In this document: in pieces, positions 9,709 through 19,761 of the stretch
How the letters are laid out: each line of letters begins with the position of its first letter
Numbering within the stretch: the stretch's first letter is position 1
DNA from: an uncultured delta proteobacterium
GTDB lineage: Bacteria > Myxococcota > Myxococcia > Myxococcales > Anaeromyxobacteraceae
Assembly: GCA_963814585.1 (NCBI GenBank)
Contig: CAWFDF010000009.1
Span: 128,001 to 192,000 of the forward strand
Reading direction: 5' to 3'
DNA length: 64,000 nucleotides
Translations under genes and position numbers: made by a program
Notes under the pieces: generated by a model
Database searches by the model: none
What the model was told of the DNA's origin: nothing
The model's input: only the letters and a program-made list of their open reading frames with translations

Positions 9709-11577
9709 TCACGCCGGGGGCTCCCGGTCCCAGGCGCTGCGCCACGCGCCGGTGTCCTGGGCGTGGCGGAGGAACCGCTCGTAGAACGGGTGGCGCGCCA
9801 CGGTGGCCCCGTCGCCCACCACCACCAGCTTCTTGCGGGCGCGGGTGAGCGCCACGTTCATGCGCCGCACGTCGGCGAGGAAGCCGACCTCGCCGGCCGG
9901 GTTGGCGCGCACCAGGCTGACCACCACCGCCTCCTTCTCGCGCCCCTGGAAGCCGTCGACGGTGTCGACCTCCAGCCCCTGCTCGACCCGCGCCGAGAGC
10001 AGCGCCCGCAGCCGCTGCACCTGCCCCTCGTAGGGGGAGATCACCGCCACCTCGGCCGGCGCCACGCCGAGCGCCAGCACCCGCTCCACCTCGGCGGCGC
10101 AGAGCCGGGCCTCGCCCTCGTTGTCGCGGCTGTCGGAGCCCTCCGGCGTGGCCTCCTCGAAGCCGCGGCCGCTGGTGTCGATCACCTCGAGCGGCGCGCC
10201 GTCGAGGGCGTGGTGGGCCACCGCGGGGTGGGCCCGCAGGGCCCCGCCGTAGAGCGCCTCGGAGGGGAAGCGCATGATGGCCTCGTTCATGCGGTGCTGC
10301 TCGGTGAGCATCACCCCGACGGCGCCGCCGTGCCGCGCGACCAGCCGCTCGAAGAGCGAGATCCCCAGCCCGCCGGCCTGGGCCGCCGCCGAGAGGACGG
10401 TGGGCGGCAGCTGCAGGTGGTCGCCGGCCAGCACGGCGCGGTCGGCGTGCAGCAGCGCCAGCCAGGCGGCCGGCTCCACCGCCTGCGTCGCCTCGTCGAT
10501 CACCACCAGGGGGAAGCGCCGCCCCGAGAGCGCCCGCCCGGCGAGGCCGGTGAGCGTGGCCAGCACCACCGGCGCCCGGTCCAGCACCTCGTCCTGGGCC
10601 CGCGCCTCCAGCGCCCGCGCCTCGGCGAGCAGCCCGCGGGCGTCGCGCTCGGCCACCCGGGCCTCGGAGAAGCGCCCGGGCCCCCGGCGCTGCCGGCGGC
10701 GGGAGGCCGAGCGGCGCAGCGCCAGCGCCTCGGCCACCAGCCCGGCCGCGATGCGCGAGCGCTCATGGGCCGCGGTCCGCGCCTCGAGGGTGTGGTCGAG
10801 CAGCGACTCGAGCACGCGGGCCGGGTGGCCGACGCGGACCCCGTCGACGCCGGCGGCGACCAGCCGCTCCAGCAGGTTGTCGACCGCCAGGTTGGAGGGC
10901 GCGCAGGCCAGCACCCGCTCGCCGCGCGCCACCGCCCGCCGGATCAGCTCGACCAGCACGGTGGTCTTGCCGGTGCCGGGCGGCCCGTGGACCAGCGCCA
11001 GGTCCAGGGCCCGCTCGGCGAGGACCAGGGCGGCGCGCTGCTCCTGGTGGAGCGGACCGGCCGGCTCGGGCCCGCCCGGGCCGGGCCCGAAGCGCGGCGC
11101 GGCGCCGGCGAGCAGCGGGCGCCAGCGCCGGCCCTCCTCGCCCGCCATGCGCCGCAGGCCGGCGCCGAGCCGCTCCCAGGTCACCGGCGAGGGCTCCAGC
11201 TCCAGCACCACCCGGCCGTCCACGGCCCAGTCGGGAGGCGGCTCGTCGAAGACCACGGCGACGCGGCTCCGGGTGCGGCGCGCCACCACCCCCGAGGGCT
11301 CGTCGTCGCGCGGCTCCTTCCGGAGGCGCACCGTCACCAGGGCGCCGATCCCGATGCGCCCGCCCTCGATCGGCCGACCCCGCCGCTCGTAGGCCACCAG
11401 CGCCCGCCCCGCCAGGCTCCCCTCCTCGACCGCCTCGACGCCGGCGACGGCGAGGCCGCGCGCCTCCCGCTCCCCGAGGGTCAGCCTGGAGCGGGCGTCG
11501 ACGAGGCGTGACCGCTCCTCGTCGCGCTCCGCGTCGAGCAGCCGCCTCAGCTGCTCGCAGTGAACGTCGAACTCCAC
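9709..11577 (-). CDS. superfamily 1B DNA/RNA helicase (IGHMBP2/Upf1-like)
   Basis: GPPGTGKT, APSNLAVD, DEATQ, GDHLQLPP, TVDGFQGRE, RMNVALTRA. Confidence 0.92.
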   Translation of the reverse strand: MEFDVHCEQLRRLLDAERDEERSRLVDARSRLTLGEREARGLAVAGVEAVEEGSLAGRALVAYERRGRPIEGGRIGIGALVTVRLRKEPRDDEPSGVVARRTRSRVAVVFDEPPPDWAVDGRVVLELEPSPVTWERLGAGLRRMAGEEGRRWRPLLAGAAPRFGPGPGGPEPAGPLHQEQRAALVLAERALDLALVHGPPGTGKTTVLVELIRRAVARGERVLACAPSNLAVDNLLERLVAAGVDGVRVGHPARVLESLLDHTLEARTAAHERSRIAAGLVAEALALRRSASRRRQRRGPGRFSEARVAERDARGLLAEARALEARAQDEVLDRAPVVLATLTGLAGRALSGRRFPLVVIDEATQAVEPAAWLALLHADRAVLAGDHLQLPPTVLSAAAQAGGLGISLFERLVARHGGAVGVMLTEQHRMNEAIMRFPSEALYGGALRAHPAVAHHALDGAPLEVIDTSGRGFEEATPEGSDSRDNEGEARLCAAEVERVLALGVAPAEVAVISPYEGQVQRLRALLSARVEQGLEVDTVDGFQGREKEAVVVSLVRANPAGEVGFLADVRRMNVALTRARKKLVVVGDGATVARHPFYERFLRHAQDTGAWRSAWDREPPA

Positions 11578-11804
11578 GCCGCCCCTTCATACGCTGCCCC
11601 GAAGGCGTGCGCCGCCCGATTCGCGCTCCATGCGGGTCGGGTCGGTGGGATGACTCGGGCGGGCCCCTGGGGTCAGAGGCACCCCGCCACGCCTCGTGCC
11701 GGCCCGGCGGAATCGACACGGAAGTACCTTAACTTACACGCCATTGTCCTCGGGCCCCAGTCGGGTCGTGACCGCGAACGGATCGTGCACTGGGTGCGGC
11801 CGCC

Positions 11805-12758
11805 ATGGCCACCACGCCCGCCGTCTCCGCCCCGCCGCTGCGCCCGCTCGCCGGCGAGCCCATGGCCCCGCGCCCGCACCGGGAAGGCAGCGAGCTCCAG
11901 CGGTTGCTGCTGGACCTGCGCGCCGATCCGCCGGAGGAGCGCGGGCCGGCCCACACCGCCCGACGCGCCATGTTCGCCGAGGTGCTGGCCGCCATCGGGC
12001 GCCAGGCCGTCGGCAGCGGCCCGCTCGAGCCGCTCCTCGCCAGCGCCTGCGCGCTCATCGGCGAGACGCTCTCGGTGGCCGCCACGGCGCTGCTCGAGCC
12101 GTCCGAGGCCCCGGATCGGCTGGTGGTGCGCGCCGCCGCCGGACGCCTGGCCGGCTCCCTCGGAGAGGAGCTGGGCGGTGGCCTGGGTCCGGCGGCCGGA
12201 TCCGGCCCGCGGCCGGGCGACGCCTTCCTGGCGCGCCACGGCCTGGCCTCCTCGGCCATGGTGGCGCTGCCGGGGCCGTCGGGGCCGCTCGGCCTCCTCG
12301 GCGCCTGGGAGACCGGCTTCCGCGCCTTCGCGCCGGACGAGCTCCGCTTCCTCGAGGCGGCGGCCAGCTCGCTCTCCGCCGCCATGCTCCGCCACCACGC
12401 CGAGCTGGAGCGGCTGCGGCTCTCCGCCAGGCTCGAAGCGCCCGAGCGGACGGAGTCGCCGGGCCTCTCGACCAGCGCGGTGGCCCGCGAGTTCGACAAC
12501 CCGCTCTCCTACGTCACCGCCAACATGACCTTCGTCGCCGAGGAGATGGCGATGCTGACCCGGCGGCTGGAGGCGGTGAAGGGGTCCGAGGGCTGGCCGG
12601 GCGAGCCGGGGACGGGCGAGCCCGGCCTGGCCGAGTCGGCGCGCCAGATCGTCGACGCCGCGGCCGACGCCCGCGACGGGGTGGCCAAGCTGCGAGGGCT
12701 GGTGCGCGAGCTGCAGTCGCTCACGCACCCCCTGGTGGCCAGGCCGCGGTGGAAGTGA
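11805..12758 (+). CDS. GAF domain plus degenerate HisKA helix, no ATPase domain
   Basis: GAF-like ..FAPDELRFLEAAA; H-box-like AVAREFDNPLSYV; ends without N/G boxes. Confidence 0.6.
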   Translation: MATTPAVSAPPLRPLAGEPMAPRPHREGSELQRLLLDLRADPPEERGPAHTARRAMFAEVLAAIGRQAVGSGPLEPLLASACALIGETLSVAATALLEPSEAPDRLVVRAAAGRLAGSLGEELGGGLGPAAGSGPRPGDAFLARHGLASSAMVALPGPSGPLGLLGAWETGFRAFAPDELRFLEAAASSLSAAMLRHHAELERLRLSARLEAPERTESPGLSTSAVAREFDNPLSYVTANMTFVAEEMAMLTRRLEAVKGSEGWPGEPGTGEPGLAESARQIVDAAADARDGVAKLRGLVRELQSLTHPLVARPRWK

Positions 12759-12814
12759 GGGCGCCGGGCCGGGTTCCCGGCTGGCCGGCCGCGGCGGCGC
12801 GCTATCATCCCTCC

Positions 12815-13138
12815 ATGGCGGGCGATCCCGAGGACGGCGATCCCTTCGGCGGACCGGTCGAGCTGCCGCTCGACGGCGTGCTCGACCTGCACGCCTTCGC
12901 GCCGGACCAGGTCGGCGAGCTGGTGCCCGCCTGGCTCGACGCCAGCCACGCCGCCGGGCTGAGGGCGCTGCGCATCATCCACGGCAAGGGGACGGGCGCG
13001 CTGCGCCGCCGCGTCGAGGCCCTGCTCGGCCGCCACCCGCTGGTGGCGGCCTTCCGGCCCGGCGACGAGGCGGCCGGAGGCTGGGGGGCCACCCTGGTGA
13101 CGCTGCGGGAGGTGGCACCACATCCTCCCGGATCCTGA
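12815..13138 (+). CDS. Smr/MutS2 C-terminal domain protein
   Basis: LDLHAF, RIIHGKGTG, GGWGATLV. Confidence 0.9.
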   Translation: MAGDPEDGDPFGGPVELPLDGVLDLHAFAPDQVGELVPAWLDASHAAGLRALRIIHGKGTGALRRRVEALLGRHPLVAAFRPGDEAAGGWGATLVTLREVAPHPPGS

Positions 13139-13288
13139 GCCGGTTCGCCGTGGTACCCTCCCGCGCCGGACGGATCCCCCGGTTCGCCTCACCAGGCGGC
13201 GTGAGCGAAGTTCACCGGTTCGTCACAGGCCGCGTTTGACTGATGCACCGAAACGAGTTACCTCCGCGCGGCCCCTCCAGGAGAACAC

Positions 13289-13918
13289 ATGCTCCAGCGC
13301 TTGATGCCGAAGTCGGATGATTTCTTTTCGGATTTCGAGGCCCAGGCCGCGGCGGTGGTGGAGGGGGCGGGGCTGCTCAAGGCCCTGCTCGACGACTTCA
13401 CCGACGTGCCGGCCAAGTGCCAGGCCATCAAGGACGTCGAGCACCGCGCCGACGACATCACCCACCGCGCCTTCGAGCGGCTCCACACCCAGTTCATCAC
13501 CCCGTTCGACCGCTCCGAGATCCACCGCATCCTCTCGCGCATCGACGACGTGCTCGACCTGGCCGACGCGGCCTCGGAGCGGCTCGGCCTCTACGACATC
13601 GACACCGTGCTCCCCGAGTCGCGCGAGCTGGCCGCGGTGCTGGTGGAGCAGGTGCGCAAGATGGAGGAGGCGGTCAAGGGGCTGCGGAACATGAAGAAGG
13701 ACCCGCAGACCATCCTGGCCGCCTGCCAGGAGATGAACAAGCTGGAGAACCAGGCGGACACCCTGACCCGCAAGACCATGGCCAAGCTCTTCAAGCGCGG
13801 CAACGACCCGCTCACGGTGATGAAGTGGAAGGAGATCGTCGACCTCATCGAGGAGGCCACCGACCGGGCCGAGGACGTCGCCAACGTGATCGAGGGCGTG
13901 GTCCTCGAGCACGCCTGA
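13289..13918 (+). CDS. DUF47/PhoU-like phosphate transport regulator
   Basis: EHRADDIT, FITPFDRSEI; directly precedes pit; AGGAG RBS. Confidence 0.92.
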   Translation: MLQRLMPKSDDFFSDFEAQAAAVVEGAGLLKALLDDFTDVPAKCQAIKDVEHRADDITHRAFERLHTQFITPFDRSEIHRILSRIDDVLDLADAASERLGLYDIDTVLPESRELAAVLVEQVRKMEEAVKGLRNMKKDPQTILAACQEMNKLENQADTLTRKTMAKLFKRGNDPLTVMKWKEIVDLIEEATDRAEDVANVIEGVVLEHA

Positions 13919-13942
13919 GCCGCCCGCCCCCGGACCTCCGCC

Positions 13943-14986
13943 ATGCTCCTCTACGCCGTTGTCGCCGGGCTGATCCTCGTCGCCCTCGGCTTCGACTTCA
14001 TCAACGGCTTCCACGACGCCGCCAACTCGATCGCCACGGTGGTCTCGACCCGGGTGCTGACGCCCATGAAGGCGGTGGCCTGGGCCGCCTTCTTCAACTT
14101 CATCGCGGCGGCGCCGGTCCTCTGGGGGGCCCAGCTCAAGGTGGCCAACACCATGGGCAAGGGGGTCATCCACTTCGACATGCTGAAGGCCATGGGGACC
14201 ACCATGGTGCTGGTGGTGATCTTCGCCTCGCTGGTGGGGGCCATCGCCTGGAACCTGCTCACCTGGTACTGGGGGCTGCCGTCCTCCTCGTCCCACGCCC
14301 TGGCCGGCGGCATGATCGGCGCCACCCTGCCGGCGCTCGGGACCTCCGGCCTGGTCGGCTCGGGCATCCTCAAGATCTCGATGTTCATCGTGCTCTCACC
14401 GCTCATCGGCATGGTGCTCGGCATCACCATGATGGTGGCCACCACCTGGATCGTGCAGAGGTTCACCCCGGCCAAGGTCGACACCTGGTTCCGCAAGCTG
14501 CAGCTGGTCTCGGCGGCCATCTTCTCCTACAGCCACGGCACCAACGACGCCCAGAAGGTGATGGGCATCATCGGCATCGTGCTCTTCGGGACCGTCCTGC
14601 AGGGGCAGGAGTTCCACATCCCGCTCTGGGTGGTGCTGGCCTGCCACCTGGCCATCGGCCTCGGCACCTTCTTCGGCGGCTGGCGCATCGTCAAGACCAT
14701 GGGGACCGGCCTCACCAAGCTGCAGCCCATCGGCGGCTTCTGCGCCGAGACCGGCGGCGGCGTCACCATCCTGGCGCTGGCCCACTGGGGCATCCCGGTC
14801 TCCACCACCCACACCATCACCGGCGCCATCGTCGGGGTGGGGGCCACCCGGGGGTCGCGGGCGGTCCGCTGGGGCGTGGCCGGCCGGATCATCTGGGCGT
14901 GGATCTTCACGATTCCGGCCTCGGCGCTGGCCGCGGCGATCGTCTACGGGCTGACCCAGGTGGCGGTCCGCGCCCTGGGCGGCTGA
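13943..14986 (+). CDS. pit: inorganic phosphate transporter, PiT family
   Basis: NGFHDAANSIATVVSTR, HGTNDAQK, PVSTTH. Confidence 0.95.
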   Translation: MLLYAVVAGLILVALGFDFINGFHDAANSIATVVSTRVLTPMKAVAWAAFFNFIAAAPVLWGAQLKVANTMGKGVIHFDMLKAMGTTMVLVVIFASLVGAIAWNLLTWYWGLPSSSSHALAGGMIGATLPALGTSGLVGSGILKISMFIVLSPLIGMVLGITMMVATTWIVQRFTPAKVDTWFRKLQLVSAAIFSYSHGTNDAQKVMGIIGIVLFGTVLQGQEFHIPLWVVLACHLAIGLGTFFGGWRIVKTMGTGLTKLQPIGGFCAETGGGVTILALAHWGIPVSTTHTITGAIVGVGATRGSRAVRWGVAGRIIWAWIFTIPASALAAAIVYGLTQVAVRALGG

Positions 14987-15028
14987 CGCGGCGCAACTTC
15001 CCGCCGCCAGGGGTGTTCCGGGGATCGG

Positions 15029-15616
15029 ATGAGCCAGGACCACGACGCGGCGCTCCTGCTGGCCTTCCAGCGCGGCGACGAGGCGGCGTTCCGGCTCCTC
15101 TACGAGAGGAACGCCCGGGCCATGATCGCCTACTGCCACCGCTTCGTGAGGGACGCCGCCCGCGCCGAGGAGCTGGCGCAGGACGTCTTCGTGAAGCTCT
15201 ACCGGTCGGCCCACCGCTACCAGGCCAGCGCCCGCTTCAAGACCTTCCTCTACCGGGTGGCCACCAACCACTGCCTCAACGAGGTGCGCCGCGCCGGGTT
15301 CGCCGCCGGCCGGTCCGACGCCGCCGGCGGGGAGGCCCCCGACCTCGACGCCCTGCCCTCGGGCGCCGCCGGTCCCCACGACGAGGCGGTGGCGAGGTCG
15401 CTGGAGCGGGCGGTGGAGGCCCTGCTCGGCTCGCTGCCGGAGAAGCAGCGGGCCGCCTTCGTGCTGTGCCGCTTCGAGGGGATGAGCTACGAGGAGATCG
15501 CCGAGACGCTGGAGACCAGCGTGTCGGCGGTGAAGTCCCTGATCCACCGGGCCACGGTCAGCGCCGCCACGGCGCTGGCGCCGTTCGCGCCCGGGGGCGC
15601 GGAGGCGCGGACATGA
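15029..15616 (+). CDS. ECF RNA polymerase sigma factor
   Basis: AEELAQDVF, FKTFLYRVATN, EGMSYEEIA..VKSLIHRA. Confidence 0.92.
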   Translation: MSQDHDAALLLAFQRGDEAAFRLLYERNARAMIAYCHRFVRDAARAEELAQDVFVKLYRSAHRYQASARFKTFLYRVATNHCLNEVRRAGFAAGRSDAAGGEAPDLDALPSGAAGPHDEAVARSLERAVEALLGSLPEKQRAAFVLCRFEGMSYEEIAETLETSVSAVKSLIHRATVSAATALAPFAPGGAEART

Positions 15617-16083
15617 ACCACGTGGTCGACGAGCTCACGGCGCTGCTCGACGGCGCCCTCGACCCGGCCAGGCGCCGGACGGTGGAGTCCCACCTGGAGG
15701 CCTGCGCCGCCTGCCGCGCCGAGCGGCACCGGCTCGGCGCCGCCGTCTCGGCGCTGGCCCGGCTCCCGGCGCCACCCGGGCCCTCGCCGTCCTTCAGCGC
15801 CCGCCTGGCGGCGCGGCTGGAGGACGAGCCGCGCCGCGGCTGGCGGGCCCTGCTGGCGACCTGGCGCTGGCGGCTGGCGCTGCCGGCGGGCGGGCTGGCC
15901 GCGGCGGCCCTGGCCGGCGTGCTGGTGCTCCGCCAGCAGCAGGGCCTGGAGCTGGCCGTCGCCGCGCAGCTGGACCTGCTCGAGGAGTACGAGACGGTGG
16001 CCTCGCTCGGCGTGGTGGAGACGGCCGAGGACGCCGCGCTGATCGCCCAGCTCGATACGCTGGAGCCGGGAGGTGGCCGGTGA
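15613..16083 (+). CDS. zf-HC2 (ZAS) membrane anti-sigma factor
   Basis: HLEACAAC (HxxxCxxC), one TM helix; ATGA overlap with the sigma gene. Confidence 0.85.
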   Translation: MNHVVDELTALLDGALDPARRRTVESHLEACAACRAERHRLGAAVSALARLPAPPGPSPSFSARLAARLEDEPRRGWRALLATWRWRLALPAGGLAAAALAGVLVLRQQQGLELAVAAQLDLLEEYETVASLGVVETAEDAALIAQLDTLEPGGGR

Positions 16084-16592
16084 CCCGCCTGGCCGCCGCC
16101 CTGGCCGTGGCCCTGGCGCTCGGCGCCGGCCCGGCCCGCGCCCAGTCGCCGGCCCCGGGCCCGGGCCCGGCCGCCGACACCGCCGCCGCCCGGGAGCGCT
16201 GGGAGCGGCTCACCCCCGAGCAGCGCGAGGCGCTGCGCCAGCGCTGGAAGGACTTCCAGGCCCTCCCGCCGGAGCGGCAGGCCGAGGCCCAGGCCCGGCT
16301 CGAGCGGCTCCGGTCGATGCCCCCCGAGCAGCGGGCCGAGCTGATGAAGCGCTACCAGGACTTCCGCCGCCTGCCCGAGCGCGAGCAGCGCGAGCTGCAG
16401 GACCGGTTCGCCCGCTTCCAGGAGATGTCGCCGGAGCGGCGCGCCCAGATCCGCAAGGCCATGGGCGAGATCCTGCGGTCCCCGCCGCGGGAGCGGGAGC
16501 GGTACCTGGAGAACCTCCGCCGCTGGCGCGAGCTGAGCCCCGACGAGCGGAACCGGGCGCGGGAGCGCTGGCAGCGGCGAAAGGGACCCTAG
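16080..16592 (+). CDS. DUF3106-like exported helical repeat protein
   Basis: Signal peptide; repeats such as WERLTPEQR, FQALPPERQ, RSMPPEQR. Confidence 0.8.
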   Translation: MTRLAAALAVALALGAGPARAQSPAPGPGPAADTAAARERWERLTPEQREALRQRWKDFQALPPERQAEAQARLERLRSMPPEQRAELMKRYQDFRRLPEREQRELQDRFARFQEMSPERRAQIRKAMGEILRSPPRERERYLENLRRWRELSPDERNRARERWQRRKGP

Positions 16593-16620
16593 CGTGCCCT
16601 TCCCCAGGCCCTAGCCCTCC

Positions 16621-18201
16621 GTGCGCTGGCCGCTCCTCCTCCTCGCGGGGCTCGCCGCCGCCCTGCCCGGCGCCGCCGGCGGCGAGGTGTACGTGGAGGG
16701 GGCGCTCCACCTGCGCTTCACCGGCGTGCGCGACGCGCCCTCGACCGCCGTGCTCTTCGACGGGGCCAGCCGCGTCTTCCTGATCGAGGACTACCTCGCC
16801 ACCACCGCCGACTCGGCCTACGGCTCGACGCTGGCGGCGGTGGCGGTCGACGGCCGCCACCTCGGCGGCGCCCTGCGCTGGCGCCTGGCCCTCGACACCG
16901 GCGAGCTGCGGGTGCGCCGCTTCCCGCAAGTGTCGGCGGCCTGCTGGTCGAACAGCTCGCCGTCGGGGCTCGACCTCCGGGGCCGCGGTTCCTGCGGCAT
17001 GATGGGACCCCAGCTGGTCCTCGAGGAGACCGTGCTGGCGCCCGCCGAGCTCACCTCCAACGGCCGCGCCTTCGCCGACGAGGTGCAGGACACGCTGCTG
17101 GTGCGGGAGGCCTGGGCGTCGTGGAGCCTGGGCCGGGCCGGCTTCACCACGCTGCGCGCCGGGCGGGGCTGGTACACGGTGGCGGAGGGGCTGATCCACG
17201 ACGAGGTCGGCACCGGCGTGGACGTGTCGGTCGACCTCGGCGCCATCGGCCCGCCCTTCGAGCTGCGCGCCGCCCTCTTCCAGCCGACCCGCGACTTCCC
17301 CCGAAGCGTGGCCGACCTCACGCCGCTGGTGCTGGTGCGCGCCGACTGGCTCCCCTCCCTCTTCGAGAACGCCGGCCTCTTCCTGGCGGCGCGGCGGGAC
17401 CGGACCGGCGCCCTGGCCGAGCTGGTCCGCTCCGCCTACGTCGAGGACGGCGTGGTGCGGCTCTCCGGCCTGGCCCCCGGCTCGCCGGACTACGTCACCG
17501 CCTCGCGCGCGCTGGCCTCCCTGCTCTCCTCCGAGCTGACCTCGACCGCCACCATGGTCTGGGCCGGCAGCAGCGGCAGCCTGGCCACCTTCGCCGGCCA
17601 GCGCCTGCTCTGGACCCTGGCGCTGCTGCGGGGCCACCTCGACACGCTGGGGCCGGCCGCCTCCCCCGCCCAGGTGGACATCCCGCTGCGCGGCTCGGCG
17701 GCCTGGATCCGCTACCAGGCCTCGCCGGTGCCGTGGCTCTCGGTCACGCCCTGGTTCCTCTACCTCTCCGGCGACCGCCCGCCGCCGGAGAAGGCGCGGC
17801 TGGGGCTGCCGGCCGGCTACGGCGCCTTCCTGGGCGTGAACCCCTGGATCACCGCCACCAACCTCTTCTTCCGCGGCGGCCTCTCCGAGACCATCGCCGC
17901 CCGGCAGGCGGCGGCGCCCGGCGTCAACGGCCGGGGCGTGATCGCGCCCGGGCTGAACGTGGAGCTCGACGTGGGGCGGGAGGTCGAGCTGCTGGTGCGG
18001 GCGGCGTGGCTGCGGGCCGAGGACGAGGGGCCGTGGGGCGGGCGCGTCTACGGGACCGAGGTCGACCTCTCGGCCACCTGGGAGCCGACGCCCTGGCTCT
18101 CGCTCGGCGCCGAGCTGGACGTGCTCCTGCCCGGCGACTTCTTCGGCGGCGGCACCACGGTCTCCAAGACGGTGCTGGCCGTGGACCTGCGGACCCCATG
18201 A
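16621..18201 (+). CDS. probable outer-membrane beta-barrel (alginate-export-like)
   Basis: Signal peptide; LYLSGD; YGTEVDL..TW...PGDFF C-terminal barrel pattern. Confidence 0.6.
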   Translation: MRWPLLLLAGLAAALPGAAGGEVYVEGALHLRFTGVRDAPSTAVLFDGASRVFLIEDYLATTADSAYGSTLAAVAVDGRHLGGALRWRLALDTGELRVRRFPQVSAACWSNSSPSGLDLRGRGSCGMMGPQLVLEETVLAPAELTSNGRAFADEVQDTLLVREAWASWSLGRAGFTTLRAGRGWYTVAEGLIHDEVGTGVDVSVDLGAIGPPFELRAALFQPTRDFPRSVADLTPLVLVRADWLPSLFENAGLFLAARRDRTGALAELVRSAYVEDGVVRLSGLAPGSPDYVTASRALASLLSSELTSTATMVWAGSSGSLATFAGQRLLWTLALLRGHLDTLGPAASPAQVDIPLRGSAAWIRYQASPVPWLSVTPWFLYLSGDRPPPEKARLGLPAGYGAFLGVNPWITATNLFFRGGLSETIAARQAAAPGVNGRGVIAPGLNVELDVGREVELLVRAAWLRAEDEGPWGGRVYGTEVDLSATWEPTPWLSLGAELDVLLPGDFFGGGTTVSKTVLAVDLRTP

Positions 18202-18896
18202 TCGCCGCGCTCGCCGCCCTGCTGCTGGCCGCCGCGCCACCCTCGCCGCCGGCGCGCCCCGGCCCGCTCCAGCCGGGTGACGAGGAGCTGCTGCGCCACC
18301 TCGACCTGCTGGAGCAGCTCGACCTGCTCGACCGGCTCGAGCTGCTGGTCCCGGAGGAGGCGGAGCCGCCGAGGACGCCGGGCCGGGAGGCGCCGAGGCC
18401 ACCCGCGCCGGTCCCGCAGCCGCGGCCCCCGCAGGAGCCGCCGCGGGCGACCGGACTGGAGCCACCACCGCAGGCCCAGCCCAGGCCTCCGCCGTCACCG
18501 CCCCGCCGTCCGGGCCGAGGCCACCGCCGCCGCCGTCCGGGCCGAGGCCGGAGGGGCCTGCCGGGCCGCCGCCGAAGCCGCCCGACCCCGGCCAGGGCTG
18601 ACCGGCGGCGTTGCCGGCCAGCGCGGCTCGATGGGGCCTCCGTCTCCTGGCGCCCCTCACCTGGCCCGAGCCCTGCTGCGGCGCCCGCTGCCTGGCAGCG
18701 CCGGGCGGACTCAGGCCACGCCTGGGGCGCCGTCACCCGGCGCGGGACGCCAGCATGCCGCAGGCGGCGTGCCGATCCTGCCCGCCCGAGTAGCGGCGCA
18801 CGATGGGCTGGCCGGGGAGGTGGCGCGCCAGCCGGTCGCGGAAGACCTGCCACTCCGCCTCGGTGGGCGGCCGGAAGCGGCCGGTGGCGTCGTTGA
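18198..18896 (+). CDS. small exported protein with acidic LDLLE repeats (3' end uncertain)
   Basis: ATGA overlap; signal peptide; [23 protein letters not shown]; frame runs into the rlmN-like gene, so the true stop may be earlier. Confidence 0.45.
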   Translation: MIAALAALLLAAAPPSPPARPGPLQPGDEELLRHLDLLEQLDLLDRLELLVPEEAEPPRTPGREAPRPPAPVPQPRPPQEPPRATGLEPPPQAQPRPPPSPPRRPGRGHRRRRPGRGRRGLPGRRRSRPTPARADRRRCRPARLDGASVSWRPSPGPSPAAAPAAWQRRADSGHAWGAVTRRGTPACRRRRADPARPSSGARWAGRGGGAPAGRGRPATPPRWAAGSGRWRR

Positions 18897-19761
18897 CGGC
18901 GATGGGGTTGAGCCGCACCGGAAGCCCGCGCAGCAGGCGGCCCAGCGCCTCGGCGTCCTCCTCCCCGGTGTTGACGCCGGCCATCATCACGTACTCCAGG
19001 GTGACCCGGCCGCGCGCCGCGGCGTGCTCCCGCACCGCGTCCATCAGCTCGTCGAGCGGCCAGGCCCGGTCGACGGGCATGAGCGCCCGCCGCTTCTCCG
19101 GGGTGGCGGCGTTGAGCGAGATGCAGAGCCGGAACTTGTGCCCCTCGGCGGTGAAGCGGCGGATCTGCGGCACCAGCCCCACCGTGGAGATGGAGATGCG
19201 GCGGCCGTCGATGCGGGCGCCGGCCGGGTCGCAGAGCGCGTAGGCGGCGTCGAGGACCGCGTCGTAGTTGGCGAACGGCTCGCCCTGCCCCATGAAGACC
19301 ACGCCGGTGACGGGGCGGGTCGAGTCGGCGCGCAGGTGGAGCAGCTGGGCCACCATCTCCCAGGCGGCCAGCGAGCGGACCAGGCCGAGCCGGCCGGTGG
19401 CGCAGAAGGCGCAGTCCATGGCGCAGCCGGCCTGGGAGGAGAGGCAGGCCACGTGGTGGGTGTCGAAGAGCGGGATGCGGACCGCCTCGACGCGCACGCC
19501 GTCGGGGCAGGCCAGCAGGTACTTGCGGAAGCCGTCGGCGGCGTCGACCCGGTCGAGCTCGCGCAGGGCGCCCGGGGTGGCGAGGGCCTCGACGCGGTCC
19601 AGCACCTCGCGCCGGACGTTGCGGGCGGCGCGCAGCCCCTCGCCGCGCCCCACCACGGCGCCGAGGATGCGGCGCGCGTCGGCGAGCGCGATCCCGGCGC
19701 GCTCGGCGAGCTTGCCGCTGTCCTGCCCGGCGAGGTGGAGGGTGGGGTGGGGCACGCTCAC
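18733..19761 (-). CDS. RlmN/Cfr-family radical SAM RNA methyltransferase (divergent paralog)
   Basis: [26 protein letters not shown]. Confidence 0.85.
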   Translation of the reverse strand: MSVPHPTLHLAGQDSGKLAERAGIALADARRILGAVVGRGEGLRAARNVRREVLDRVEALATPGALRELDRVDAADGFRKYLLACPDGVRVEAVRIPLFDTHHVACLSSQAGCAMDCAFCATGRLGLVRSLAAWEMVAQLLHLRADSTRPVTGVVFMGQGEPFANYDAVLDAAYALCDPAGARIDGRRISISTVGLVPQIRRFTAEGHKFRLCISLNAATPEKRRALMPVDRAWPLDELMDAVREHAAARGRVTLEYVMMAGVNTGEEDAEALGRLLRGLPVRLNPIAVNDATGRFRPPTEAEWQVFRDRLARHLPGQPIVRRYSGGQDRHAACGMLASRAG

